A stretch of DNA of 63,524 nt from a virus. Lineage: Duplodnaviria > Caudoviricetes. Below are positions 29,801 to 38,006 of this stretch, one piece after another. Below the pieces are notes generated by a model. The model was given only the letters and a program-made list of their open reading frames with translations. It was not told where the DNA came from and did no database searches. The translations under genes were made by a program, and so were the position numbers. Numbering within the stretch: position 1 is the first letter of the stretch; each line of letters begins with the position of its first letter. Location: positions 1 to 63,524 of IMG/VR virus record IMGVR_UViG_3300049203_000318, one strand, 5' to 3'.

Positions 29801-32800
29801 GCCTTCCGCGCCGTGGGCTCCGCGGCAGGCCTGACCGAATATCACCTCCAGCTCTCTGCTGGCGACGACGTTGTGTTCCGCGTTGTGGCCTACAATGACA
29901 AGGGTGACCGAGCGCCGGCCAGCACAGCTCCGGTGGTGAGAGGGTCTATAAACGCCGCCTCGCTGCCGGTAGATGCCCCGCCCGAGGGAGAATGGACAGC
30001 CGAAGCGGTCCATTTGACCCAAGGTAATGCGACGATAAACGCGATCAAGGTTAGCGGAGAAAACTCAAATCCTGCTGCTACCGGGATTGCCGTCTTCTTT
30101 CGCGAAAAGAACGGCCTGACATGGATTTCCGCGGGTTCACTAGATCCTGCCGCCACTGATATGTTGATCACGGCGATAAAGCAAAAGACGCTCTATGAAG
30201 TCGGCGTCGCTTATGTCGTCAATCAAGTTACCGGCGAAATTCTAAATGTCGGAGATGTGACGACGCTCGAGAGCATGGTGGGCGCTACGCCGGCTGACGA
30301 GATCGAAAATAGGCTCGCCGAGCTTGAGGCGGATGCATCCGCAGCAGTGCAGCTTACCAATGACCTTCAAATTCAGGTCGATGCGGACATTTTAAGTATG
30401 CAGTCGCAGGTGTCCGGCGTCCAGTCAGACATAGCATCACTTTCGTCCTCTGTTCAGTCCGACATCTCGGCACTCGAAACCGAGATCGCGGGCATCAATC
30501 CCTCCGCGACTCCGAACCTTCTGGAGAATGGCGGGTTTGAAAATGGCCTTACAGGCTGGAGTCATGATGGCAACTGGGCGCCCATCAATGACAAGAACTG
30601 GGGCGTTTACGCTTTCCGCACCTCCTCTGCAAATGGCACTTTCGTCCTTCAAAAGCAGGTCAGCGTAACCGCTGGCAACACCTATACGCTGTCGGCGGAC
30701 ACCTCGTTCTGGGCCTCTGGTGGGCTCGCCTATGTCGACATGGTTTTTCAAAACGACGCAGGCACCAACCTGCTTGATGGCGTCCAGAACCCGCCGCCGC
30801 GCAATACCGACTTCTCTGTCAGTGATACAAATCGCAAGGCGTTCAAATGCACTGCCACCGCCCCTACCGGCGCTACAAAGGTTTGGTGTCGCTTCGTCTT
30901 GGATGGCATGACCGGGATGGCAGGTGCTGCTGTTCGCCGCATGAAGCTGGAGCTCGGAGATAAGGCGACCAGCTTCACGTCCGATGCTTCCGCCTACACC
31001 GCTTACCAGACCGGTGTCAGCAACGCAGGCACACTCGCCTCGTTGAGTAGCACGGTTTCGACGCAGGGCAGCAGCATTACCACGCTACAGTCGTCGATGA
31101 CCTCTGCCAATACCAGCATCGCTTCGCTCCAGACGACGATCAATGCGAGCTCGAACCCCAACCTCCTGGTGAACGGTGGCTTCGAGAACCAGATCCTCGG
31201 CTGGACGCCGCTCAATGCCGCGGCCGGTGGCTGGGCTCAGGGGGTTTGGAATTGGGGCCGCTACGCTGGCAATAACACCCCTTGGAGTGGTCAGAACTGG
31301 GCGACGCTTCAGTCCAGTTCCATGCCTTCCGGTGCCGGCGACACTTATACCGCCTCAGCTGACAGCGAGGTCGGCGTTAGCGCTGGCTCAGGCGTCGTTG
31401 CCTACATTGAGTTCGCATGGTTCAACAGCTCGGGCACCCTGATCTCGCAGTCTAGCGGTGCCAGCCGTGCAGCTCCTCACTCCTTTGACGTCACCGGGAC
31501 AAGCAGGTCCATACTGAAGTGGACGGCGACTTCCCCAGCCAACACTGCGTCGTTCAAGGTGTCCTTGATCGTCTATGCGCCGTCTGGTGCAACCGTGACG
31601 AGCATGAACTGGCGACAGGCGAAGGTTGAAAAGGGAACGATCGCTACGCCCTACTCTGGCGAGGCGACCGCCAGCCAAATGTATAGCGCCTATTCGACGC
31701 TTAACAGTAGCTATGCATCCACGGTCAGCACCGTGGCCTCGCAGGGTAGCTCTATTACTGCCCTTCAGACCAGCATGACGACCGCGCAGGGCAACATCTC
31801 CACGATGGACACCCTGCTCAAGGCGTCAAGCAATGCTAACATGCTCCAAAATGCGTCTGGTGAAAACGGTTTGACGAACTGGAGCTCAGGCTACGGTCCT
31901 TGGAGCACCAATAATGCCGTTAATCAGTGGGGGCAGTATTTCCACACCTGGAATACTGCGTCTGGTGATCGGTGGAATCATCTCGTATCGGACGTCATAT
32001 ACGTAGATGCAGGAATGACTGTCACGTTGTCCGCAGACGCATACATGTGGATGACTAGCGGCTCGGGCACTCTCAATCTGGAGATCAGGTGGCTCAACGC
32101 AAGTAGCACCTACATGAGTTCATCCTACGGTGTCAGTAAGGCGTCTGGATTTGGTTTCGACACCACGGGCGCAAATAGGGTGCAGCTCAAGGTGACCGGC
32201 ACGGCCCCCGCCAATACGGTATTTGCGCAAGCCGTTCTCGTCGCTTTCTGCCCCAACGGCTCGGTCCTCAATAGCGCAGGCTTCCGGCAGGTTAAAATGG
32301 AGTTGGGGAGCGTCGCCACGCCTTACTCGAACGAGGCGACCCTGCGGTCGGTCTATTCGGTGGCCAACACAGCAAATAGTTCGGTCGCATCCCTGTCGAC
32401 GACCGTGTCGACGCAAGGGTCGAGCATAAGCACCCTCCAATCGTCGATGACGACGGTTCAGGGAAGCGTCGCCACCCTTCAGCAGAAGGTAACGAGCGGC
32501 TCGGGTAATTTGATGTATAACTCTGAGTTCGCCATCAGCAGCACTGGTTGGGGGACCTACGGCAGCACCGGGAGCTTTTCCTTCTCCCGCGATCTGGCCG
32601 GCGATGACTGGCGCCCCCTTGGCGAGCACACCCTCGGCATTTATCAGGGTGACGCAGCAGCCGGATACGGCGAGTGGACGATGTCGACGGCCATGGCGGT
32701 CAGCCAGAACGCATGGTATGAATATAGCGCCAGCGTTGCCTGTCATCGCAGCTATGCGTCGATGTATATCGCATGGCTGGACGTTAACGGCGCCGTCATA

Positions 32801-33295
32801 ACCTACTCAGGCCTCGCATATCAGACCGTTGGGGCCGGCGGTAAGGCGCTGAGCAGCTGGACGCGCCTTTCACTCAAAGCTCAGGCGCCCGCTAATGCAT
32901 ATGGCGCGAACGTCCTTATGCGTAAGGAGGCAACGATTGCGGGTAACGGCGACAGCTACCTTTGGTTTTGTCGCCCCATGTTCCGTGAGGTTGACTCCAA
33001 TTTTATAGGACCGTCTGCCTATACGCCATCGGGTAATCGAGCCAGCATTGAGACGATGAACACGAGCGTCAACGGCGTCCTGGCCAAGTATGGCGTGACG
33101 TTGGACGTCAACGGCTATGTGACTGGTTTTCAGCAGCTCAATAACGGTTCCACCGGGAGCTTCCAGATCAACGCCGATTACTTCGCGATCGTAAAGCCTG
33201 GCGGCGGCGCGAGGACAACTTACGCGAACGGCGCTTGGAAGGTTTACGATCAGAACGGCGTCCTGAGAGCTCAATTCGGTAATTTGGACGTATAA
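26834..33295 (+). CDS. Central tail fibre / host-specificity protein (lambda I+J-like) with four carbohydrate-binding-like repeats
   Basis: YPVVYGE and SANPAW motifs, FN3-like region, four NL(L/M)xN(G/S) domains separated by Ser/Thr coiled coils, and a C-terminal LDVNGYVTG...F.I.AD.F motif. Confidence 0.9.
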   Translation: MVEQSLSKSVVYLRLLYDAFAPETVETHELQWRPGATLKDYLKGLPEDCEWMIFHDGEEVDAIADGDRVIARDEVIGLILVPQGGGSFKSVLRIALQAAAVAAAFIPGIGWAGALAINLGVGLVNAFLLVPKPPKNSGDDSKSYGIDGAKNSATENIPYPVVYGEFRTAGNFSDCFTQNVGDDQYLYIRAILNDGEIHSVSDIEINEQPASSFEDVEARIAYGTLEQGVNDWFANSVVQINKSQRIDTGWVEHITTTEVDKVRFDVTFTTGLVHITDKGKYKDRSVTFNMEVQQIDPETGLSLSEWANAGTSSPSTLPLDANGDGKVTIWEAAAAKIRASKIFGSSGTVEYREVGTTAWVSAGVFSAADASGYIFDQANDGSIAGNTDITPAHTGVFSINLDSEKTYEVRATEGVTLEEVTSYPSAASSLVTVTDKRTRQIRKSFETGRLERGYYKARIRRTNATSTSDKDLDEVYLTDVAEIEMDRIALKGTANLALKIKLSEQLNGIPSLTGIVKGSILQEYDIEGTPTIRRWSANPAWIGLDLLCGIERGSRIKTSRIDWPRWVEFAEYCDQNGITFNGVFDTGTNVGDALQQVLRIGHAAPVPFGTKISVAIDRPRLPTAVFTSANILKDTFEVGYMSMADRSNEYEVTYYDKTDRNKAKALRYVDPKAVTFNEVPRTAQVQLVGVDNHEQAKVELWRMIYANRLLIRTVNFESFMDSINMNMGEVALIQHDQMEWADSGRLLAGNTDFVIRLDRNVDYQPEQSYSALVHFDSYMAGVREISGIVGQKILVTGAGIAATNASRIIIAGRDFEVVKLADGSSVHTITVAGDLTGINIGSEAQLWITDALFERPVSNVELDAGGRAVVTLAIPLPAAPGQHANFVFGKVENVRKPFVLTGISGNGIEKRKLTFVEYHEGVYGPPEVEIPIPTSEISLRDVGQVQTLLFDYEPFTDAAKKTVSCRVHWTAGSIRNYAGADVYMSLNGSAFRAVGSAAGLTEYHLQLSAGDDVVFRVVAYNDKGDRAPASTAPVVRGSINAASLPVDAPPEGEWTAEAVHLTQGNATINAIKVSGENSNPAATGIAVFFREKNGLTWISAGSLDPAATDMLITAIKQKTLYEVGVAYVVNQVTGEILNVGDVTTLESMVGATPADEIENRLAELEADASAAVQLTNDLQIQVDADILSMQSQVSGVQSDIASLSSSVQSDISALETEIAGINPSATPNLLENGGFENGLTGWSHDGNWAPINDKNWGVYAFRTSSANGTFVLQKQVSVTAGNTYTLSADTSFWASGGLAYVDMVFQNDAGTNLLDGVQNPPPRNTDFSVSDTNRKAFKCTATAPTGATKVWCRFVLDGMTGMAGAAVRRMKLELGDKATSFTSDASAYTAYQTGVSNAGTLASLSSTVSTQGSSITTLQSSMTSANTSIASLQTTINASSNPNLLVNGGFENQILGWTPLNAAAGGWAQGVWNWGRYAGNNTPWSGQNWATLQSSSMPSGAGDTYTASADSEVGVSAGSGVVAYIEFAWFNSSGTLISQSSGASRAAPHSFDVTGTSRSILKWTATSPANTASFKVSLIVYAPSGATVTSMNWRQAKVEKGTIATPYSGEATASQMYSAYSTLNSSYASTVSTVASQGSSITALQTSMTTAQGNISTMDTLLKASSNANMLQNASGENGLTNWSSGYGPWSTNNAVNQWGQYFHTWNTASGDRWNHLVSDVIYVDAGMTVTLSADAYMWMTSGSGTLNLEIRWLNASSTYMSSSYGVSKASGFGFDTTGANRVQLKVTGTAPANTVFAQAVLVAFCPNGSVLNSAGFRQVKMELGSVATPYSNEATLRSVYSVANTANSSVASLSTTVSTQGSSISTLQSSMTTVQGSVATLQQKVTSGSGNLMYNSEFAISSTGWGTYGSTGSFSFSRDLAGDDWRPLGEHTLGIYQGDAAAGYGEWTMSTAMAVSQNAWYEYSASVACHRSYASMYIAWLDVNGAVITYSGLAYQTVGAGGKALSSWTRLSLKAQAPANAYGANVLMRKEATIAGNGDSYLWFCRPMFREVDSNFIGPSAYTPSGNRASIETMNTSVNGVLAKYGVTLDVNGYVTGFQQLNNGSTGSFQINADYFAIVKPGGGARTTYANGAWKVYDQNGVLRAQFGNLDV

Positions 33296-33297
33296 CG

Positions 33298-33639
33298 ATG
33301 GCGCGATACGGATTTAGAGCTTGGGGTGCCGACAGCTCGCTGCAAATGGATGAGTCTGGTCGCTACGGTCGAGTGGCCGGCATATTCACCATTTCCGCAT
33401 CCAACTCAACGCTGTCTGGCACGAGTTGGATAGGTTCGTTCCAAGACGACATATTCTTGACTGGAACAGCCTTTTGGGCACCTTCCTATACCTACAACAC
33501 CTCACCGAGCCGCCCGCCATCCGGCATTAGCATATCGGTCAGCGGGAACACGCTTTCGTGGAACGTGAACCGCGCCACGGTTCTGGGCGGCACATCCAAC
33601 GTCCTCTCTATTAAACTTCTCTATGGGGTCTATTCCTAA
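33298..33639 (+). CDS. Tail tip accessory protein
   Basis: MARYGFRAW...YGVY pattern typical of genes following J. Confidence 0.65.
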   Translation: MARYGFRAWGADSSLQMDESGRYGRVAGIFTISASNSTLSGTSWIGSFQDDIFLTGTAFWAPSYTYNTSPSRPPSGISISVSGNTLSWNVNRATVLGGTSNVLSIKLLYGVYS

Positions 33640-34379
33640 TGGGCTACGGGTTCAAAGCAACAAACCAGGATACGGGTGGCGTCGCTGTCGACGACACCTA
33701 TCGCAATCTGATGTTGCGAGGCGTCTATAACCTCACGACGGACTCTCCGAACAAGGCGAATTACGCCACATTCACGGAATATCCCAAGAACGGTTACAGC
33801 TATGCAGGCGTGCCGGCGTCAGATCCTGCCGTCGCTCCTTTGATGTTCTTCCCGGCAGACGTCTATATGGGCGCTGCATCGCAAGGCTGGCTGGTTGCGA
33901 ACAAGGCAAGAGGGAGCGCGGTAAAGGTCGCCCTATTCGATGTTCCGTTAACGCCGGTGGCGCCCCTGGGCCACGGCACGCTTACCAGAACGGCAGCAGG
34001 AGATGTCGCATATTATTCTGGTTATAGATATTTGAAGGTGCATCAGGTCATCTCTGGAAGCGATTATGTGGCTACGCCAATTAATGTCAGCCTCGATCCG
34101 GCAAAGAAGTGGGCGTTCTGCTCGTTCAAATGGTCGGGACGCTGGCGTATGGATGACGACCGCGCCTATGACAGCATCGGAAGTAATTTGCGCTTCTATA
34201 GAGTGCGACGTGAAATCTTAGGGCTTCGACTGTCAGCCGGTAGCCTAACTTCTATTGATATGTCCTACATGGATGACAGCGATTACGCGATGCCTGACTC
34301 AGCCAGTGATCATTACGAAAGCCTTGATCGGTCTTACGCCGTTTTGATCGCTGACATGACCCACATAGCGGAGTGGTGA
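33639..34379 (+). CDS. Tail tip accessory protein
   Basis: MGYGFKATN...DDTY.N pattern typical of genes following J. Confidence 0.65.
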   Translation: MGYGFKATNQDTGGVAVDDTYRNLMLRGVYNLTTDSPNKANYATFTEYPKNGYSYAGVPASDPAVAPLMFFPADVYMGAASQGWLVANKARGSAVKVALFDVPLTPVAPLGHGTLTRTAAGDVAYYSGYRYLKVHQVISGSDYVATPINVSLDPAKKWAFCSFKWSGRWRMDDDRAYDSIGSNLRFYRVRREILGLRLSAGSLTSIDMSYMDDSDYAMPDSASDHYESLDRSYAVLIADMTHIAEW

Positions 34380-34410
34380 ACGATTCCACAGCAAACTCGA
34401 GGATTTTACC

Positions 34411-35037
34411 ATGCACTTTTCCCACGCTTTCGTGGCGCCAAACGGCGCCAGGACCATTCTGCACCAACTGGCGAGAATTGATATTTCCGCAGGCAAAGCC
34501 CTCGCGGTGGTCAGCAGTTACGCTTCGGAGGAGGCTACCATGATCAGCTGGCAAGACAGCTATGCGATACCGCTCGCTGCATTGTCCAGCGAGCCAGAGT
34601 TGAGCGTGGCTAACTGGCTAATAGGCACAGAGGGGCCATTCGCCGGCGGTCTGATCACCGACGAGGGAGAGGTGGATCTTCAGTCGGCCCAAACCCGTGC
34701 GAGGGCGGCGGTTAAGCAGAAGCGTGATGAGGTCGAATGGGGCGGGTGCGCAACCCCGCTTGGTCGAGTGAATACGGACCCCACCAGCCAGCGCAAGATC
34801 GGCGGCGCGGTCCAGATGGCCATCATACTTGGCGATGCCTTCACCATCGACTGGCGCATGGAGGATGATAGCGTGGTGACCCATGACAAGAACGCCATGA
34901 TAAATATGGGTGTGCTGGCTGGTCAGCATGTGTCGCTGTGTCAGGCGAACAAAAACACGTTGGATGCAGCCGTGGAAGCAGCAGAGAGCGTGGAGGATGT
35001 CGAGGCCGTTGATATTAGCCTGGGGTGGCCGGCATGA
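34411..35037 (+). CDS. DUF4376-like tail fibre assembly protein
   Basis: TD..SQ.KI, WRMEDDS and a terminal I..GWP. Confidence 0.7.
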   Translation: MHFSHAFVAPNGARTILHQLARIDISAGKALAVVSSYASEEATMISWQDSYAIPLAALSSEPELSVANWLIGTEGPFAGGLITDEGEVDLQSAQTRARAAVKQKRDEVEWGGCATPLGRVNTDPTSQRKIGGAVQMAIILGDAFTIDWRMEDDSVVTHDKNAMINMGVLAGQHVSLCQANKNTLDAAVEAAESVEDVEAVDISLGWPA

Positions 35038-35312
35038 TCGCCGACAGAATCCGAGCTTCGATCTGGGCCATGCTCAAGGCGATCGACATTCTGCTATGCA
35101 CGATATGGCTGGCGCCCCTCTACATCTGCAATCTAGCTGACAAGCCGAGCGGTCGGCAAATGATCAGCAGCTACGTTGGCCAGGCTGACTTTTATGGCAC
35201 GCGCTGGGGCCGGCGTGCAGCGGCATTCATTGATTGGGGCGCCAAGCTGCTCGGTGATGAGCCGGATCACTGTCGGCGTGCTTTCCTAGCCTATCGAGAT
35301 CTCGACGATTGA
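35034..35312 (+). CDS. Conserved phage hypothetical protein
   Basis: ISS.VG...W......ID......HC..A pattern; ATGA overlap. Confidence 0.6.
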   Translation: MIADRIRASIWAMLKAIDILLCTIWLAPLYICNLADKPSGRQMISSYVGQADFYGTRWGRRAAAFIDWGAKLLGDEPDHCRRAFLAYRDLDD

Positions 35313-35363
35313 ATTCTCTTCGGCGTGTGTGTATAACGACACACACATTTCAAGGAGGCAAGA

Positions 35364-35627
35364 TTGTCTGATACGAACCATATTTTGAGCGACGACGAGC
35401 GGCAGGAACTTCAGAACCGCCTGGCCGCCGACGAGGCTGCGCGCGCCATCATCAAGGCTGAGCGGGACGCAGCTGCGAAGATTGCTGCGGTTGCACTTAT
35501 CTCAGAGCCTGAGTGGGTCGCCCTTCGTCAAAAGATCAACGCGACCGACGTGTCGGGAACCGATTTCCAGACGCACTTCATGGCCCTGGATAATGTCATG
35601 GGCAACATCGAAGCCGCAGCCGTCTAA
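35364..35627 (+). CDS. Hypothetical protein
   Basis: Strong AAGGAGG RBS before TTG; 20-bp motif upstream. Confidence 0.65.
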   Translation: MSDTNHILSDDERQELQNRLAADEAARAIIKAERDAAAKIAAVALISEPEWVALRQKINATDVSGTDFQTHFMALDNVMGNIEAAAV

Positions 35628-35645
35628 CGTCCCGAAGGAATAACG

Positions 35646-36137
35646 ATGCGGAACAACATCAAGCTATCGCAGGTCACCGGTCAGTCGATGCTCATCGAGC
35701 CGCATGCGATCGAGATTATCGAAACGGTCGTGAGCGACGACGGCGCGGCAAAGACGGGCGTGTGGATCTCTTTCGAAGACGGGTTTGTCCGGTCGGCGAT
35801 CCTTACGGACAAGTTCGGCTGGTTGACCTCGCGACTCAATAAGGATCGCCAGCGCCTCCAGCTGACAGCTGTAAACGGTGCTAAGATGTCCATTCCGGCA
35901 GACATCATCCGCCGAGTAATCGAACGGCCCGATTGCACGGTCATCTATACGACGCTTCGGCGCGAGGACGGCCCACTGAATGTTGCGGTCAAGGAAAGCG
36001 TCGAGGATATCATGGACCTGGCCGGCCTCGAAGATCCGGCAGAACCGATCGAATACCAGACTGAGCTCGTCGAACCCGCGGATGCAGATACCGATGAGGT
36101 TCCTGACGAGGTTACCTTCCCTGAAGCAGTAGCCTAA
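35646..36137 (+). CDS. Hypothetical protein (two similar beta modules, acidic tail)
   Basis: AAGGA RBS; IKLSQVTG and LQLTAVNG suggest an internal duplication. Confidence 0.6.
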   Translation: MRNNIKLSQVTGQSMLIEPHAIEIIETVVSDDGAAKTGVWISFEDGFVRSAILTDKFGWLTSRLNKDRQRLQLTAVNGAKMSIPADIIRRVIERPDCTVIYTTLRREDGPLNVAVKESVEDIMDLAGLEDPAEPIEYQTELVEPADADTDEVPDEVTFPEAVA

Positions 36138-36215
36138 CGGGGCTTCTGCGGCGTTGCCAGCATACGCCGCCCATGGTATAGTGCGTTACATAACACACAA
36201 TATCGTGAGTGGCGT

Positions 36216-36380
36216 ATGAACCCCTGGCCCATTGCAGCTGCGCTTCTGGTAGTCGGCGCAATCGTATTATTCTGGCGTCGCGACGATGACGACGGTCAAG
36301 GTGGCGCCGGTCTTGTTTATGTCGAGGATGAGCCAAGCGTCCCGATGGGCTTTCACAGTCCGCAGGCCGCAGCATGCTGA
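36216..36380 (+). CDS. 54-aa single-TM protein heading the lysis cassette (below the ORF-track cutoff)
   Basis: MNPWPIAAALLVVGAIVLFWRRDDDDGQGG...; its end overlaps the next ATG. Confidence 0.55.
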   Translation: MNPWPIAAALLVVGAIVLFWRRDDDDGQGGAGLVYVEDEPSVPMGFHSPQAAAC

Positions 36381-36736
36381 TTGCATTTGCCATCCTCTGC
36401 ACCTCCATGGCTGCATTCACCGGCATCATAGCCGTTGGATCGGGTCGCCATTGGCAATTCCAGGTGTCAGACTATTTCCGCGGGAAGCGGAATGCGATCC
36501 TTTATTTCTGGGTGACCGTCTCAACCATATTGTCGGTCTATCACTCCGGCGTTCTGCTCGAGCATGCTCTTCGGAATAATTGGACCACAGACATCTCCCA
36601 AGGGCTGAAATGGATCGTCGTCCATTGCAGCGTCGGCGTCCTTTTCATCGCCGCCCATCTGTTCGTCGCGACTGTCCTCTCCAAGCAGGTTGGACCGGTC
36701 GACAAATACCTCTGGGGAAGCAGCCGTGCCCGCTAA
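36374..36736 (+). CDS. Three-TM membrane protein (holin/antiholin candidate)
   Basis: Three hydrophobic segments; upstream of the endolysin. Confidence 0.55.
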   Translation: MLIAFAILCTSMAAFTGIIAVGSGRHWQFQVSDYFRGKRNAILYFWVTVSTILSVYHSGVLLEHALRNNWTTDISQGLKWIVVHCSVGVLFIAAHLFVATVLSKQVGPVDKYLWGSSRAR

Positions 36737-37088
36737 CAATACCCACCTGATCGAGCAGGTCTGGTTTTTCACCGGCGGCGCAATCACCGTTTTGCTTCAG
36801 AGCCTGGTGAGTGGCGTCAAGCGCCGCTGGCACTCGCTGCTGATTGGCTGCCTCTTCGGCGGCTTTGGCTCCTGGGTCGCTGGTTCGATCTGGGGCGAGA
36901 GCTCCTACGTCTATATCATCTGCGGCGTTGCGGCGGTCGTGACGGAAAATCTGTTCGCCGGCATGGTCAATGCCTCGAAACAGTTCGCGGACAATCCGAT
37001 CAAGGTGGCGACCCATTTCGCCAAGGTGTTTCTGCCCACGTTCGGCAAGAGCGTCGGAGATAACACCAACACAGACGGCCTCAAGTAA
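36726..37088 (+). CDS. Holin candidate
   Basis: Two or three TM segments with a hydrophilic tail; adjacent to the amidase. Confidence 0.6.
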   Translation: MPANNTHLIEQVWFFTGGAITVLLQSLVSGVKRRWHSLLIGCLFGGFGSWVAGSIWGESSYVYIICGVAAVVTENLFAGMVNASKQFADNPIKVATHFAKVFLPTFGKSVGDNTNTDGLK

Positions 37089-37152
37089 CCGGCAGCGACG
37101 GGCTCATTGCGTCTGCGGTGCATGGTAAACCACACAACATCTGGAGAGTAAA

Positions 37153-37599
37153 ATGGCCATCGCATGGATGAATCCCAAGGCGATCAAGTTCATCACCATC
37201 CACTGCGCCGCCACGCCGCGCGGCCGGAACGTGACCGCGGCCACCATCTCAAAGTGGGATCAGGATAAGTTCGGGCAGACGAGCTATCATTATGTGATCG
37301 AGCTGGACGGTAAGGTCGTCCAGACACTTCGTCATGATCAGCGCGGAGCCCACACAGGCGGCGCCAACACGGGTAACATTGGCATCTGCTACGTCGGCGG
37401 TGTCGAGAACGACAAAGCCATGACGCCTGCGGACACGCGCACGGACGCTCAGAAGAAGGCAATGGCCGAACTGGTCAAGAAGCTGAAGGGCGAATTCCCC
37501 CAGGCAGTTGTTCGGGGTCATCGCGACTGGCCAGGCGTCAAAAAGGCTTGCCCGAGTTTTTCGGTGTCGGATTGGCTGAAGCAGGTGGGCCTGGCGTGA
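37153..37599 (+). CDS. Endolysin, N-acetylmuramoyl-L-alanine amidase (T7 lysozyme-like)
   Basis: IHCAAT, YHYVI, GAH, IGICYVGG, GHRD and KACPSF motifs. Confidence 0.95.
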   Translation: MAIAWMNPKAIKFITIHCAATPRGRNVTAATISKWDQDKFGQTSYHYVIELDGKVVQTLRHDQRGAHTGGANTGNIGICYVGGVENDKAMTPADTRTDAQKKAMAELVKKLKGEFPQAVVRGHRDWPGVKKACPSFSVSDWLKQVGLA

Positions 37600-38006
37600 C
37601 CCATAAGCTCTGTCTGATGTGCCTTGAAGAAAAGCCAATTGATGATTTCCATAAATGCCGCAGGCAAGGAAATCAGTCACGGTGCAAGGAATGTCGCAGA
37701 AAACATTCTGCCGACAAATATGCAAACGACGCTGATCTACGCGAACGCATCCGTGACGGTCACTACAAGTATAAATATGGAATGACACGCCAAGCGCTTG
37801 ATGTGCTGCGTGAGCAGCAGGGTGCTACCTGCGCTCTCTGTGAGGGCGGTCTTCAAGGCGGCCGTAAGGAACATGTCGATCATTGTCATGAAACCGGCAA
37901 GGTGCGCGGTATCCTCTGCTCGGAATGCAACACTGGCATTGGCAAGTTGCGGGACGACCCGGCCTTACTTCGTAGGGCGGCCAATTACATTGAGGGAGTG
38001 CTCTGA
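37596..38006 (+). CDS. Endonuclease VII-family (His-Me) nuclease
   Basis: CALC...HVDHCHETGKVRGILCSECNTGIG; N-terminal CxxC pairs. Confidence 0.9.
   Translation: MTHKLCLMCLEEKPIDDFHKCRRQGNQSRCKECRRKHSADKYANDADLRERIRDGHYKYKYGMTRQALDVLREQQGATCALCEGGLQGGRKEHVDHCHETGKVRGILCSECNTGIGKLRDDPALLRRAANYIEGVL

Noticed and set aside
30300-33295. Diversity-generating retroelement acting on the tail tip
   Set aside because: No reverse transcriptase and no TR/VR pair with adenine-specific mismatches were seen.
37596-38006. Group I intron or intein around the EndoVII and HNH genes
   Set aside because: Flanking genes look complete, and the nucleases are translationally coupled, free-standing ORFs.
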